DNA of 63,366 nucleotides, the filler included. It is 8 parts of 8 records of this genome, joined end to end, with 100 filler letters (N's around TTAATTAATTAA, not from the genome) between each part and the next. Parts side by side here need not be neighbours in the genome. Positions count along the whole stretch, not along the records: positions 8,881 to 14,200 come from SRR20825010_6130; positions 14,301 to 18,469 come from SRR20825010_6132; positions 18,570 to 28,548 come from SRR20825010_6136; 5 more parts are not named here. The stretch is one strand, 5' to 3'. This document shows positions 12,272 through 22,177 of this stretch, piece after piece. The notes below the pieces were generated by a model. The model had not been told where the DNA came from. It did not search any database and saw only the letters and a program-made list of their open reading frames with translations. Both the position numbers and the translations under genes were made by a program. Each line of letters begins with the position of its first letter. Position 1 is the first letter of the stretch.

Positions 12272-12337
12272 GAGCGCGTCCAGGAAAAGCGGGTGTCGGC
12301 TTTCCGTCCGGACGCGCATGAAAACAAATGGACGCGC
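12272..12337 (+). repeat. Degenerate palindromic intergenic element between araB and araA
   Basis: GCGCGTCC-AGGAAAAGC...GCTTTCC-GTCC-GGACGCGC followed by AAAACAAA; same architecture as the first arm of 9909-10014. Confidence 0.5.
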
Positions 12338-12351
12338 GGCGCTGGCGCCTG

Positions 12352-14013
12352 TTATGCGGTTCTAACCCTGTCGCGGATATCGATCAGGTCCTTCATGATC
12401 TTCGACAGGTCTGAATCGCGGGTAATGCCGCCGAAACCGTCATGCAGCGTCAGGTAGAGGCCGTAGAGTTCCTCGTAGATCGCGACGTTTTCGGGTATCG
12501 GGTCGTAGCGGATATCCTTCAGCCCGGTCATCGCCCGTGTCGTTGCCTTGATGCCGTCATGGGCGCCGGCAACGGAGGCGGCGGCCACGGCCGCTCCCAG
12601 CGCGCAGGTCTGCGCCGAGCGGGCGACGAGCATGGTCCGGTTCATGACATCGGCGTAGATCTGCATCAGCATCGGATTTTTCTCGGCAATGCCGCCGGCG
12701 CAGACGACCTTGTCGATCGGTACGCCGTAATCGGTCATGCGCTCGACGATGGCGCGCGCGCCGAAGGCGGTCGCCTCGACAAGCGCGCGGTAGATTTCGG
12801 CCCGGGTCGAATACAGCGTCTGGCCAAGGAGAACGCCGGTCAGGCGCTGGTCGACGAGGATGGTACGGTTGCCGTTGTTCCAGTCGAGCGCCAGCAGCCC
12901 GCTCTGCCCGGCCTTCATCGCCTCGGCCTCGCGCGAGAGCTGTTCGTGGAGTGCGGCACCACCCTCGCAGACGCGTTCGACCCACCATTTGAAGATGTCG
13001 CCGACGGCGGACTGTCCGGCCTCGATGCCGTAAAAGCCGGGCAGGATCGAGCCTTCGACAATGCCGCAAAGGCCCGGAATGGTGTCCGATTTCGTGAGGT
13101 CGACGATTGCGCAGTCGCAGGTGGAGGTGCCGATGACCTTGACCAGCATGCCCTCCTCGATGCCGCAGCCGATCGAGCCGAGATGATTGTCGAACGCGCC
13201 GGTGGCGATCGCGATGCCCTCCGGCAGGCCGAGCTTTTCGGCCCATTCGGGAGAGAGCGTACCGGCGGGGACCGAAATGTCCTGGGCGGTGTCGTAAAGC
13301 CGGTCGCGCAGCTCCGCGATCGCGGGATCGAGCATGCTCAGGAACGCCTTGTCCGGCAGGCCGCCCCATTTGGAATTGTAGAGGCCCTTGTGGCCGGCCG
13401 CGCAGACGCCGCGTTTGATATCGGCGGGGGCCTTGACGCCGGCAAGCACCGAGGGGATCCAGTCGGCAAGCTCCACCCAGGAATGGGCGGCGTCGAACAC
13501 GGCGCGGTCGACATTCAGGCAGTGCCAGATCTTCGACCACCACCATTCCGAAGAGTAAGTATCGCCGACCATGGCGAGGTAATGCGGCCGTTCGGCCTTG
13601 CCGAGGGCGGTGATCTTCTCCGCCTCGCGCCAGCTTGTATGGTCCTTCCACAGCCAGCAGAAGGCGTTGAGATTGTCGGTGAAATCCGGGTCCATCGCCA
13701 GCGCGCCGTTTTCGGCGTTGACCGGCAGCGGGCTGGAGCCGGTGGTATCCACGCCGATGCCGATCACTTTCGAGACGTCGAATTTTTCATGCCGGGTCGC
13801 CTGCTGCAGCGCGCCGCGAATGCTTGCTTCCAGGCCCTGCAGATAGCCGGCGGGGCTCTGGCGGGCGAGCAGCGGATCGTCGGCGTCGAGCAGCACGCCC
13901 TGATCGCCGCTGGGATAATCGAAGACATGGGTGCCGTATTCAAACCCGTCATCGCAGCCGACGACCAGAGCGCGCACCGAGTTTGTGCCGTAATCGATAC
14001 CGATGGAGAACAT
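12352..14013 (-). CDS. araB: Ribulokinase (FGGY family)
   Basis: [62 protein letters not shown]; co-oriented with araA and araD. Confidence 0.95.
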   Translation of the reverse strand: MFSIGIDYGTNSVRALVVGCDDGFEYGTHVFDYPSGDQGVLLDADDPLLARQSPAGYLQGLEASIRGALQQATRHEKFDVSKVIGIGVDTTGSSPLPVNAENGALAMDPDFTDNLNAFCWLWKDHTSWREAEKITALGKAERPHYLAMVGDTYSSEWWWSKIWHCLNVDRAVFDAAHSWVELADWIPSVLAGVKAPADIKRGVCAAGHKGLYNSKWGGLPDKAFLSMLDPAIAELRDRLYDTAQDISVPAGTLSPEWAEKLGLPEGIAIATGAFDNHLGSIGCGIEEGMLVKVIGTSTCDCAIVDLTKSDTIPGLCGIVEGSILPGFYGIEAGQSAVGDIFKWWVERVCEGGAALHEQLSREAEAMKAGQSGLLALDWNNGNRTILVDQRLTGVLLGQTLYSTRAEIYRALVEATAFGARAIVERMTDYGVPIDKVVCAGGIAEKNPMLMQIYADVMNRTMLVARSAQTCALGAAVAAASVAGAHDGIKATTRAMTGLKDIRYDPIPENVAIYEELYGLYLTLHDGFGGITRDSDLSKIMKDLIDIRDRVRTA

Positions 14014-14050
14014 TCGTGCCTCGCCTAAACCATTCGTTTTTTATCGGATC

Positions 14051-14070
14051 TCCGGCGACCGATCGCCGGA
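14051..14070. other. Intergenic stem-loop between yjfF and araB
   Basis: TCCGGCGA-ccga-TCGCCGGA perfect 8-bp stem; no U-tract on the minus strand, so more likely mRNA-stabilising than terminating. Confidence 0.4.
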
Positions 14071-14086
14071 AATCGTCCTGTTGTTG

Positions 14087-14200
14087 TCAATGCGTCGCCG
14101 TCCGGTCCATAGTCAACCGGAGCAGGCCTTTTTGCAGCAGGATGAAGAGCAGCAGCAAGACGCCGATGGCGATCTTGGTCCACCAGCTCGACAGCGTGCC
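14087..14200 (-). CDS. yjfF: Sugar (furanose) ABC transporter permease YjfF, C-terminal fragment (not in ORF track)
   Basis: Minus-strand translation GTLSSWWTKIAIGVLLLLFILLQKGLLRLTMDRTATH* matches the characteristic YjfF C-terminus (GTLSSWWTKIAIG). Confidence 0.8.
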   Translation of the reverse strand, partial: GTLSSWWTKIAIGVLLLLFILLQKGLLRLTMDRTATH

Positions 14201-14300
14201 NNNNNNNNNNNNNNNNNNNNNNNNNNNNNNNNNNNNNNNNNNNNTTAATTAATTAANNNNNNNNNNNNNNNNNNNNNNNNNNNNNNNNNNNNNNNNNNNN
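14201..14300. other. Artificial contig spacer
   Basis: N-run with TTAATTAATTAA. Confidence 0.99.
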
Positions 14301-14561
14301 CTGCGACTCGTTGACCGGCTGGCCGATGCCGCCCCGGTCGTTGAGCAGCGGCCAGACCGCCAGCGGCCGCGGCTCGACCTCGCCCCCACGGTCGTCGTCG
14401 GTCGAGCCGGCGACGTACAGCACCGTCTGCCGCGACCCACTCGCCTGGGCGAGCACCGAGAGCAGACGCATGAGAAAGGCACGGTCGTCCGGCGCGGGCG
14501 AGGTCAGCTCGGCGACGACGCGCTGCCAGCCCGGCGCCCGCAGTTTCGACAGATCGATCAC
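14301..14561 (-). CDS. N-terminal fragment of a protein coupled to the adaptor gene; possibly a GAF-like/HlyD adaptor
   Basis: GTG start overlaps the upstream TGA (GTGA). MIDLSKLRAPGWQRVVAEL...FLMRLLSVLAQAS resembles the helical start of a GAF-like domain. Truncated at 87 codons. Confidence 0.5.
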
Positions 14562-15589
14562 CGCTGCTCCTCCGAAGGCCCGCCCGCGTCCGCCGCCGCC
14601 AGTGCCTTGCTCTCATCGATGCCCGCCGCCCCGGCTTCCGTCGCCCGGCCCGGGTCCACGATCGAGTCCTGCCATCGTGCCGGCGGCTCGGTAAACCGCA
14701 CCCAGCAGTTCACGCCGGGCACCAGCCCGATCGCGTTGTCCATCTCCACACGCACCCGGCGCGTCCCGCTCCCGGCGTCGGCGGTGGGGGCCACCTGGAT
14801 CACGCGGGCCTCGTAAACCCGCTCGGCGACGTCTTCCTGCAGCAGCACCCACGCCCGGCTGTCCGGCGCGATGTCCTGGGACAGGATGATCGAGGTCGGC
14901 GCCGGCACATCGATCCACAGTGGATCGACCGAGACCACCCGCACCACCGGCTCGCCCTCGCGGATCGACTGGCCCTTGTCCACGTGCACGATGTCCACCA
15001 CACCGTTGAACGGCGCGCGCAGACTGAGCTTGGCCACCCTCGCCTCGGCGCGGGAGGCCTGCAGATCCGAGAGCACTTGATTCAGCAGCGCCAGATCGAG
15101 GTCGATCTTCGCGGTGTCGCGGGCCAGGCGCGCCCGGTCAACCTCCAGCGGGCTGCTCGCACCCTTGTCGAAGCTGTCGGCCTGCCGCTGGTATTCGATC
15201 TCCGCCAGGTCGGCCTGCGCTCGGGCGCGGTCCACCGGCAACTCCGTGTCGGCCCGCGCCCTCTGGAATGTGGCCTCGGCCACGTCCTCGCTGTCGTCAC
15301 CGCGCACGAGCAGGTCGCCCTCGCGGACCTGCTGGCCCGCCGTCACGACCACCTCGAAGACGCTGGTCGAGAGCGAGAAGCCCATCAGCGCGTCCTTGCT
15401 CGGCTTGACCACCGCCCGCTCGCCGAACGACGCCATCGCCGCCAGACGCGAGGCCTTCTCGGCCTGCGTCAGGGCTTCGGCCCGCCCTGGTTGAGACTCG
15501 GTCTGTCCTGAGGCCGCCGAACCGAGCAGCAAGCTCACGCTCACCACCGCGATCGGCAAGGCCACAACGCACCGCCCCACGTTTTTCAC
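14558..15589 (-). CDS. Efflux RND/HlyD-family periplasmic adaptor (membrane fusion protein)
   Basis: Signal peptide; split lipoyl halves VTAGQQVREGDLL and LRAPFNGVV..VDKGQSIREGEPV around a coiled-coil hairpin; beta-barrel PTADAGSGTRRVRVEMDN. Start at GTG 15589 or ATG 15607. Confidence 0.88.
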   Translation of the reverse strand: MKNVGRCVVALPIAVVSVSLLLGSAASGQTESQPGRAEALTQAEKASRLAAMASFGERAVVKPSKDALMGFSLSTSVFEVVVTAGQQVREGDLLVRGDDSEDVAEATFQRARADTELPVDRARAQADLAEIEYQRQADSFDKGASSPLEVDRARLARDTAKIDLDLALLNQVLSDLQASRAEARVAKLSLRAPFNGVVDIVHVDKGQSIREGEPVVRVVSVDPLWIDVPAPTSIILSQDIAPDSRAWVLLQEDVAERVYEARVIQVAPTADAGSGTRRVRVEMDNAIGLVPGVNCWVRFTEPPARWQDSIVDPGRATEAGAAGIDESKALAAADAGGPSEEQR

Positions 15590-15909
15590 GTCAGGTCCCT
15601 TCTTCATGCACGAGTATAGAAAGGTGCCCGCCCGCCCCACGCTCCAGGCGCAAGGCCAGCCAAACATCCTGGGCCCGGGGCCAGCTCCCACGAGCCCCTC
15701 TCCCGGCCGCCGCACCGGCCATCAGGCCGGATCGTCTGAGAGCATCGCCCGCAAGCGGGGGCGGACGGGCTCTCCGACCGCCCACCATACGCACCCCGAT
15801 CCCCCCGGTTCCGCGCCGGCCGCGGGGGTTGCCCCGGTCAGTGCCAAAGCTATCGTTCCCTCCCGGCTCCACCCAATCACGAGCCGAACCCGAGAAGGAG
15901 CTCGTCACC

Positions 15910-17076
15910 ATGCCCACCACCACCGCCAAGGCCACCCTCGCGATCGACGGCGGCGACCCGGTCAGCCCGACCATGGTCCCCTTCATGAAGCCCCAGCTCC
16001 ACCGCGAGGACATCGACGCCGCCCACGCGGTGCTCGAGTCGGGCATGCTCCGCGCCGCCGGCCGGTGCGCCGAGCTCGAAGAACGATTCGCAGCACTCTC
16101 CGACGCCAAGCACGGCCTCACCTGCTCCAACGGCACCACAGCACTCCAGCTGGCCTACGGCGCCCTCTTCCAGCTGGGCGACGAGATCCTCGTCCCCGCC
16201 TGGACCTACATCGCCACCGCCAGCATGCTGGTCGCCGGCGGCCTCGTGCCCGTCTTCGTCGATTGCCTCGAGGACACCTTCCAGATCGACCCCGCCGACG
16301 CCGCCAAGAAGATCACCCCCAAGACCCGCGGCATCGCCGCCACCCACCTCTACGGCTGCCCGGTCGATATCGACGCCCTGCAGGCCCTGGCCACCAAGCA
16401 CGACCTCAAAATCGTCTACGACGCCGCCCAGGCCCACCTCTCCCGCTACGACGGCAAGGGCATCGGCGCCTTCGGCGACGTCGTCACCTACTCCTTCTAC
16501 GCCACCAAGAACCTCGGCACCGGCGAGGGCGGCCTTGTCACCACCAACTGCGACACGCTCGCCCGCGACATCGCCCTGCTCCGCTCCCACGGCGAGACCG
16601 ACAAGTACCTCCACGAGCGCATCGGCTTCAACTACCGCATGAACGACATCACCGGCGCGATCGGGTGCTCCCGCCTCGACCGCCTGCCCGACGAGACCGC
16701 AGCCCGCCAGGCCGCCGCAAAGCGGTTCGACGCGATCCTCGCCGACATCGACGGCCTCGAGGCCCCGACCGTGACGCCCAAGGCCGAGGCCGCGTGGCAC
16801 CTCTACACCGTCAAGCTCGACCCGGCCAGGTTCACCTGCACCCGCGACCAGTTCATCGACGCGCTCAAGGCCGAGGGCGTGCCCACCGCGGTCCACTACC
16901 CGCGGGCGACAGTCGATCAGCCGGCCCTGGCCGAGTGGAACAAGCACGACACCCCGATCTCCAGCGGCCTGTCGCAGCGGGTGTTCAGCCTGCCCATGCA
17001 CCACGCACTGACCGATGAGCACTTCGAGATCATCGCAGCGGCTCTGCAGAAGGTCGCCGGGGCGTACAGGGCCTGA
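15910..17076 (+). CDS. DegT/DnrJ/EryC1/StrS sugar aminotransferase
   Basis: SNGTTAL, THLYG, YDAAQAH, PLP-lysine motif SFYATKNLGTGEGG, GFNYRM; AAGGAG RBS before ATG 15910. Confidence 0.93.
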   Translation: MPTTTAKATLAIDGGDPVSPTMVPFMKPQLHREDIDAAHAVLESGMLRAAGRCAELEERFAALSDAKHGLTCSNGTTALQLAYGALFQLGDEILVPAWTYIATASMLVAGGLVPVFVDCLEDTFQIDPADAAKKITPKTRGIAATHLYGCPVDIDALQALATKHDLKIVYDAAQAHLSRYDGKGIGAFGDVVTYSFYATKNLGTGEGGLVTTNCDTLARDIALLRSHGETDKYLHERIGFNYRMNDITGAIGCSRLDRLPDETAARQAAAKRFDAILADIDGLEAPTVTPKAEAAWHLYTVKLDPARFTCTRDQFIDALKAEGVPTAVHYPRATVDQPALAEWNKHDTPISSGLSQRVFSLPMHHALTDEHFEIIAAALQKVAGAYRA

Positions 17077-17124
17077 GCCGTCCCACCCCGAACCGGGCCC
17101 CTGCTCAAAGAAGCATGCTTCGAC

Positions 17125-17154
17125 GAGCCCCGAGCGCAAGCTCGGGGTTTCTTC
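17125..17154 (+). terminator. Intrinsic terminator-like hairpin downstream of the aminotransferase
   Basis: CCCCGAGC-GCAA-GCTCGGGG followed by TTTCTT, between convergent genes. Confidence 0.7.
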
Positions 17155-17196
17155 ATGCACAACAAGCGACGATCCGGCGTCAGCGCACTCTTTGGC

Positions 17197-18444
17197 TTAC
17201 TGATTCTCAGCCGGCGATGCCCGCCTCTTCAACGCCTTGCGCACCCTCAGGCCAACGAGCCCCGCAAGCACGAGCACCAAGCCTCCGACCGCAAGTTGTG
17301 CCCGCCAGAACTCCCCCAAGTTCCACTCCCAGAAGAGAGTCGCCGAGCCCGGGAGGGCTGGCGCCGTCGATTCCTCGAAGCCAGCCCAGAAGTCTGCGTC
17401 CGTATCGGGATGCGCTCCCGCCCGGAGCTTAGCAAGCATGTACGCACTCTTGGCCCGATTCCAGTCCTGCGCTTCCTGCCGAGCCCGCCGGTAGAACGAC
17501 GCGATCTCGCTCTCGCGCGTCACTCCGAGACCGAGTAGCCGCAGCCCGTCCTCGGTCGCCTCCGTCGCAAACTCAGCACCGCCATCAGTCATTGCGTCCG
17601 GATACAACGAACCCCGCCCAGCGTCGAGGAGCTCTTGGCACCGGAGCTTGGTCAGTTCCGACAGTGTCGCCGCATTCTCTGCGTTGAGAGCGATTCCCAG
17701 TGCGTAATAGATATCGAAGCTCTCCCAGGCGTTGCCGAGGACGATCAGCCCGCTCAGCCCCTCAACCGGATTCGTAATCCCGTAGTACTCGTCGATGCCA
17801 CCGATCCTCGAACTCCCACGCGGCTGCACCCGGACGCCGTCCACCTCGGCTGCATCGAATACCGAGGGCAACGGGCCCGCTGCCTCCGGCGGATCTAGCA
17901 CCCACTCGATCGCCAGCAACTGATACGTCTCCCGCCCGAAGTGCGCATCCGGGTTGATCTCGATCGCTCGCGCGATGTGGTCGCGCGCGAGCTCAGCGTC
18001 CTCCATCGCGCCCCGGTCCGCCCCGTCGCGCAGCCAGCGGTGGATGTAGAACGTTCCGATGTTGGCGTGATACCGATACTCGTGCTCACCGATGTCCCCG
18101 CCGGCCGCGATGGCCGTGTCCATCGCCGCCCTTTTTCGTTCCATCCACGCCAGTGCCTCATCACCCCGCCCGAGCCGGTCGCAGGCCACCGCTGCGTCGT
18201 CGTAGAGATCAAGCCGTGTCGGATCGGTCCCGATCTCGCCTTCGACCCGCTCCAGCCGCATCTCGTAGAACTTCGGCGGCGGCCGAAAGAACCGCCCGGT
18301 GATCACCTCGACTACGCCCGGCAGGCCCTTGGCCTCCATCGCCAGTGTGTCGCGGTCCCACAGGCAGGCAACAGCCGGCGACACCGAGATCGCAGCGAGC
18401 AGGCTCACGAATGTCACGAGGCGAAGCGAAGAGAGTTGCCGCAT
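17197..18444 (-). CDS. Secreted TPR-like hypothetical protein with C-terminal membrane anchor
   Basis: Signal peptide ending AVA-CLWDRDTL; TPR-like helices (LYDDAAVACDRLGRGDEAL, IARAIEINPDAHFGRE); C-terminal hydrophobic helix followed by a basic tail. Confidence 0.7.
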   Translation of the reverse strand: MRQLSSLRLVTFVSLLAAISVSPAVACLWDRDTLAMEAKGLPGVVEVITGRFFRPPPKFYEMRLERVEGEIGTDPTRLDLYDDAAVACDRLGRGDEALAWMERKRAAMDTAIAAGGDIGEHEYRYHANIGTFYIHRWLRDGADRGAMEDAELARDHIARAIEINPDAHFGRETYQLLAIEWVLDPPEAAGPLPSVFDAAEVDGVRVQPRGSSRIGGIDEYYGITNPVEGLSGLIVLGNAWESFDIYYALGIALNAENAATLSELTKLRCQELLDAGRGSLYPDAMTDGGAEFATEATEDGLRLLGLGVTRESEIASFYRRARQEAQDWNRAKSAYMLAKLRAGAHPDTDADFWAGFEESTAPALPGSATLFWEWNLGEFWRAQLAVGGLVLVLAGLVGLRVRKALKRRASPAENQ

Positions 18445-18469
18445 GGTGCGATCCCCTTTCTGGTTCTAC

Positions 18470-18569
18470 NNNNNNNNNNNNNNNNNNNNNNNNNNNNNNN
18501 NNNNNNNNNNNNNTTAATTAATTAANNNNNNNNNNNNNNNNNNNNNNNNNNNNNNNNNNNNNNNNNNNN
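18470..18569. other. Artificial contig spacer
   Basis: N-run with TTAATTAATTAA. Confidence 0.99.
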
Positions 18570-19370
18570 ATCGTCAAAGACAATAAACGGTGCATTGCCA
18601 CCCAATTCCAGGGCCAGTTTCTTCACCTGATCTGCCGTATCCAGTATCAGCTTGCGGCCCACTTCGGTAGAGCCGGTGAAGCTGAGCATGGGCACGTCGG
18701 GGCTTTCGCACAGCACCTTGCCGATCACACTGGCTTTGCCCATAACCAGGTTGACCATGCCGTCTGGCAGGTCGACGTGTTTGTCCATCAGCGCGAACAG
18801 CGCAATCATCGTCAGCGGCGTCTCGCTGGCCGGCTTGATCACCGACGGGCACCCGGCCGCCAGGGCGGCAGACAACTTCTTGGCGATCATGCCAATGGGA
18901 AAGTTCCAGGGCGTGATCAGGCCGGTAACACCAACCGGGCGGTAGTGCACTGTCCAGGTACAGTCTTTCGGCTTTTCGGGAATGGTATGGGCGTCCAGCG
19001 CCTGAATGTGTTTGGAGCAGTAATCGAAGAACCCGGCGGCGTAATCGACCTCACCCTGAGCTTCCTTCAACGGCTTGCCGTGCTCCATGCACAGAATGCG
19101 GCCCACTTCCTCTTTATTGGCCCTGAGTGCATCACGAATATCTTCCAGCCACTTGCGACGGGTTTCGATGGAATAGGGACTGGTTAAACGAAGCGCAGAC
19201 TTGCCCGCTTCAACGGCCTTGTACACTTCACTTTCGGACATCGATGCCACACTGGCAACCACCTCACCCGTGGCCGGGTTATAGACATCGAAGGTGTTAC
19301 CGTCCGGCGATTCAGACCAGCGACCGCCGATGTAGCCAGTCAGCTTGGGAAGCAGTGGTGACTCGATCAT
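18570..19370 (-). CDS. gabD: NAD(P)-dependent aldehyde dehydrogenase, succinate-semialdehyde dehydrogenase-like, 3'-truncated
   Basis: EHGKPLKEAQGEVDY, ITPWNFP, KPASETP, SFTGSTEVG, LELGGNAPFIVFDD. Confidence 0.8.
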
Positions 19371-19541
19371 CTCGGCTCCTTTTCACAATGTTCTCGGAAT
19401 GTATAAATTGGGGTTTGCGTCAGTGTGATATGTCTCTCATAGTGGATGCAGAAACCGCCACTGTAAAGTCAGACCATGGTGTTTTGACCAGCGCCGGCGG
19501 GGGCCTATACTCGAACCATGTCATTATCAGGAGGCAGGAAC

Positions 19542-20555
19542 ATGAAGGCGTTTTTTCATCCCGCGCAGGACCAGCATCTTCCCAAGACCTACTTCACCCG
19601 CGGCCAGATGCGTCAGCCCCAGGAAGTTCCTGATCGCACCGCTCAGATGCTGGAAGGCCTGAAGGCCATGGGCATTCCGGTGTTGCAGCCTGCAGACCAG
19701 GGTGCCGGTGCAATTTCAAAGGTCCACGATCTGGGCTATCTGCGCTTTCTGGAGTCTGCCCACCGGCGCTGGGCGAAGATGGAAGACTGGGGGGACGAAG
19801 TGATTTCCAACATCTTCGTTCGGTCACCAAACGCCCTCAAAGGCATCCTCGCAGAAGCTGCACGCTACCAGGCCGATGGCAGCTGCCCCATCGGAGCCAA
19901 CACCTGGGATGCCGCCTACTGGTCGGCCCAGACAGCGCTCGGCGCCGCTGACGCCCTGGTTGCCGGCGAGCGCCATGCCTATGCGGTGTGTCGCCCACCG
20001 GGCCACCACGCCCGAAAGGACGCCGCCGGCGGCTTCTGCTACCTGAACAATGCCGCGATTGCCGCAGAACATTTGAAACCCCGTTATCCCAGGATCGCCA
20101 TACTGGACACCGACATGCACCACGGCCAGGGCATCCAGGAAATCTTCTATGACCGCAGCGATGTTCTCTATGTCTCGATTCATGGCGACCCCACCAATTT
20201 CTACCCGGTGGTCAGTGGCTATGAGGACGAGCGCGGTGAAGGCGAGGGACTGGGCTACAACATCAACCTACCGATGCCCCACGGCTCCTCGGAGGAAGAT
20301 TTCTTCGCCAAACTGGATGAGGCACTGGCCGCCATTCGACTGTTCCAGCCAGACGTGCTGATACTTACCCTGGGATTCGACATCTACCACAACGACCCCC
20401 AGGCCAAGGTATCAGTGTCTTCGGAAGGCTTCTGTCGCCTCGGTTCCGACATCCGTCGCACCGGCCTTCCCACACTGGTTGTGCAGGAAGGCGGCTATGA
20501 CCTGGAAGCCCTGAGTGCCAACGTGCAGCAGTTCTTCAAGGGGCTGGAAGGGTAA
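19542..20555 (+). CDS. Histone deacetylase superfamily (acetylpolyamine amidohydrolase-like)
   Basis: CRPPGHHA, GGFCYLNNAA, LDTDMHHGQG, SIHGDP, LGFD, QEGGY; ATG 19542 preferred. Confidence 0.9.
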   Translation: MKAFFHPAQDQHLPKTYFTRGQMRQPQEVPDRTAQMLEGLKAMGIPVLQPADQGAGAISKVHDLGYLRFLESAHRRWAKMEDWGDEVISNIFVRSPNALKGILAEAARYQADGSCPIGANTWDAAYWSAQTALGAADALVAGERHAYAVCRPPGHHARKDAAGGFCYLNNAAIAAEHLKPRYPRIAILDTDMHHGQGIQEIFYDRSDVLYVSIHGDPTNFYPVVSGYEDERGEGEGLGYNINLPMPHGSSEEDFFAKLDEALAAIRLFQPDVLILTLGFDIYHNDPQAKVSVSSEGFCRLGSDIRRTGLPTLVVQEGGYDLEALSANVQQFFKGLEG

Positions 20556-20560
20556 CCATC

Positions 20561-22015
20561 TCAGTTCGCCGGGGCATACACCTTGATATTGGTGTGGCCC
20601 TCGGCTTTCAGGTGGCAGGCATGCATGCGGCTCATGGTGCCGCGGTCACAGTACAGCAGGTACTGCTTGTCGTCCGGCATCGACTGGATTCGCTCATTCA
20701 GTTCGTAGAACGGTATCTCCACCACCTGATTGCTGGTGAGCTGCAGGGGTGACTGCTCTCCTTCCGACGGGTGGCGCACGTCAATAATCACATCGTTCAC
20801 AGCCGGTGTATGTACAAGCTCAACCTCTTCTGGCGTCCGGGTGGTTTCCAGAAGGCGGTTGACCGGCGTGTCCTGACGGCTGGCGATGGCCTGCTCCAAA
20901 ACCCGGGCGTCCATAGCGGCTTCATCTTCCTCCACCCGATGCAGCTTGGCGCGGGTGGCCGGTTTACGGGAAATCACACCGCAGTACTCCGGCATGGTTC
21001 GAGCAAACGGCTCAGTACCTATGTCCCGGGCGATGTTGATAATGGTTTCCTTGTCCATGGAAATCAGCGGCCGCAGTACCACCTCGTTACTGGCCCGGTC
21101 CACCACGTTGAGGTTTGACAGGGTCTGACTGGACACCTGCGCCACGGCATCACCGGTCACCAGCCCCGCGGCATTATTGGCGGCCGCAATGTCAGAGGCG
21201 GCTTTCAGCATCTGGCGCTTGAGCACCACCCCCCAATGGCGCTGGTTGACTGAACGCATGATTTCAGCGACCACGCCTTCGAAAGGTACGGAAATGAACT
21301 TGGCACCATGGGAGGCGCCGTAACGATCCCACAGGTAATGCACCACCTGGCGCACGCCAATTTCATGGGCGGGACCGCCCAGGCTGAAAAACAGGAAGTG
21401 GGAGCGAAGCCCCCGACGCATCATCAGGTAGGCCGCCACCGAGGAGTCATAACCACCGGACACCAATGTCATCACCGTTTCCACCGCGCCCAATGGGTAG
21501 CCGCCGGCACCACGATGTTTGCGGTGCGCAATGTGATAGTGATCCTCATGGACCTCAATGCGCACTTCAATATCCGGATTGCGAAGGTTTACGCCCTCGG
21601 GCTCGGAAGCCTCAAAAAGGGCGGCGCCGACAAAGCGCTCCAAATCAATCGAGCGAAACCCGTGATTACCGTGGCGGCGAACCCGAACCGCAAAGGTTTT
21701 GCCGCGGATACGGTCTGCGTAGGCTGCTACTGCCTGCTCCGCCACGTCGTCCATACTTATCCAGGGAAATACACCTATCTCCTGGATGGTCGAAATACCC
21801 GGAATACGGCCCAACTCATCAATCACCGGGCCCGCAAGGCCGCGCCCATCCGGGATGGCCACATCAACCCTGTCCCAGGAACCCTCAACGTGGATATCGT
21901 CGTCCAGGCGTGCCAGCAGTTTGCGAATATTCTGCCGCAGGTGCCGCATCTGTTGCCGGCGAACGGGTTTGCTCTTGATGGCCACTTCGGCGGCGGGGCG
22001 TATAAGGAGTTTCAT
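20561..22015 (-). CDS. thiI: tRNA 4-thiouridine(8) synthase
   Basis: THUMP domain, PP-loop SGGYDS, GDAVAQVSSQTL, MPEYCGVIS, C-terminal rhodanese LYCDRG. Confidence 0.96.
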   Translation of the reverse strand: MKLLIRPAAEVAIKSKPVRRQQMRHLRQNIRKLLARLDDDIHVEGSWDRVDVAIPDGRGLAGPVIDELGRIPGISTIQEIGVFPWISMDDVAEQAVAAYADRIRGKTFAVRVRRHGNHGFRSIDLERFVGAALFEASEPEGVNLRNPDIEVRIEVHEDHYHIAHRKHRGAGGYPLGAVETVMTLVSGGYDSSVAAYLMMRRGLRSHFLFFSLGGPAHEIGVRQVVHYLWDRYGASHGAKFISVPFEGVVAEIMRSVNQRHWGVVLKRQMLKAASDIAAANNAAGLVTGDAVAQVSSQTLSNLNVVDRASNEVVLRPLISMDKETIINIARDIGTEPFARTMPEYCGVISRKPATRAKLHRVEEDEAAMDARVLEQAIASRQDTPVNRLLETTRTPEEVELVHTPAVNDVIIDVRHPSEGEQSPLQLTSNQVVEIPFYELNERIQSMPDDKQYLLYCDRGTMSRMHACHLKAEGHTNIKVYAPAN

Positions 22016-22177
22016 AAATCGGACGTCTGTCGGGTAGCGTAATTACAGTAAAGCGCTTAGTGTAACGGTTTCGCCGTTTGCCTCAAAATCAGGCATTCCC
22101 GATACTCGCTATACTCATATAAAAAGGCATCGCCCTGACGCCAGGGGCCCGCAGAACATTCAGGAGCTTTTGCGTTC

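Noticed and set aside
10706-14028. Long plus-strand ORFs (423 aa, 528 aa) opposite araA and araB
   Set aside because: Antisense shadows of high-GC genes with no recognisable motifs.
15606-17160. 470-aa and 427-aa ORFs overlapping the aminotransferase
   Set aside because: Arg/Pro/His-rich off-frame and antisense translations typical of GC-rich DNA.
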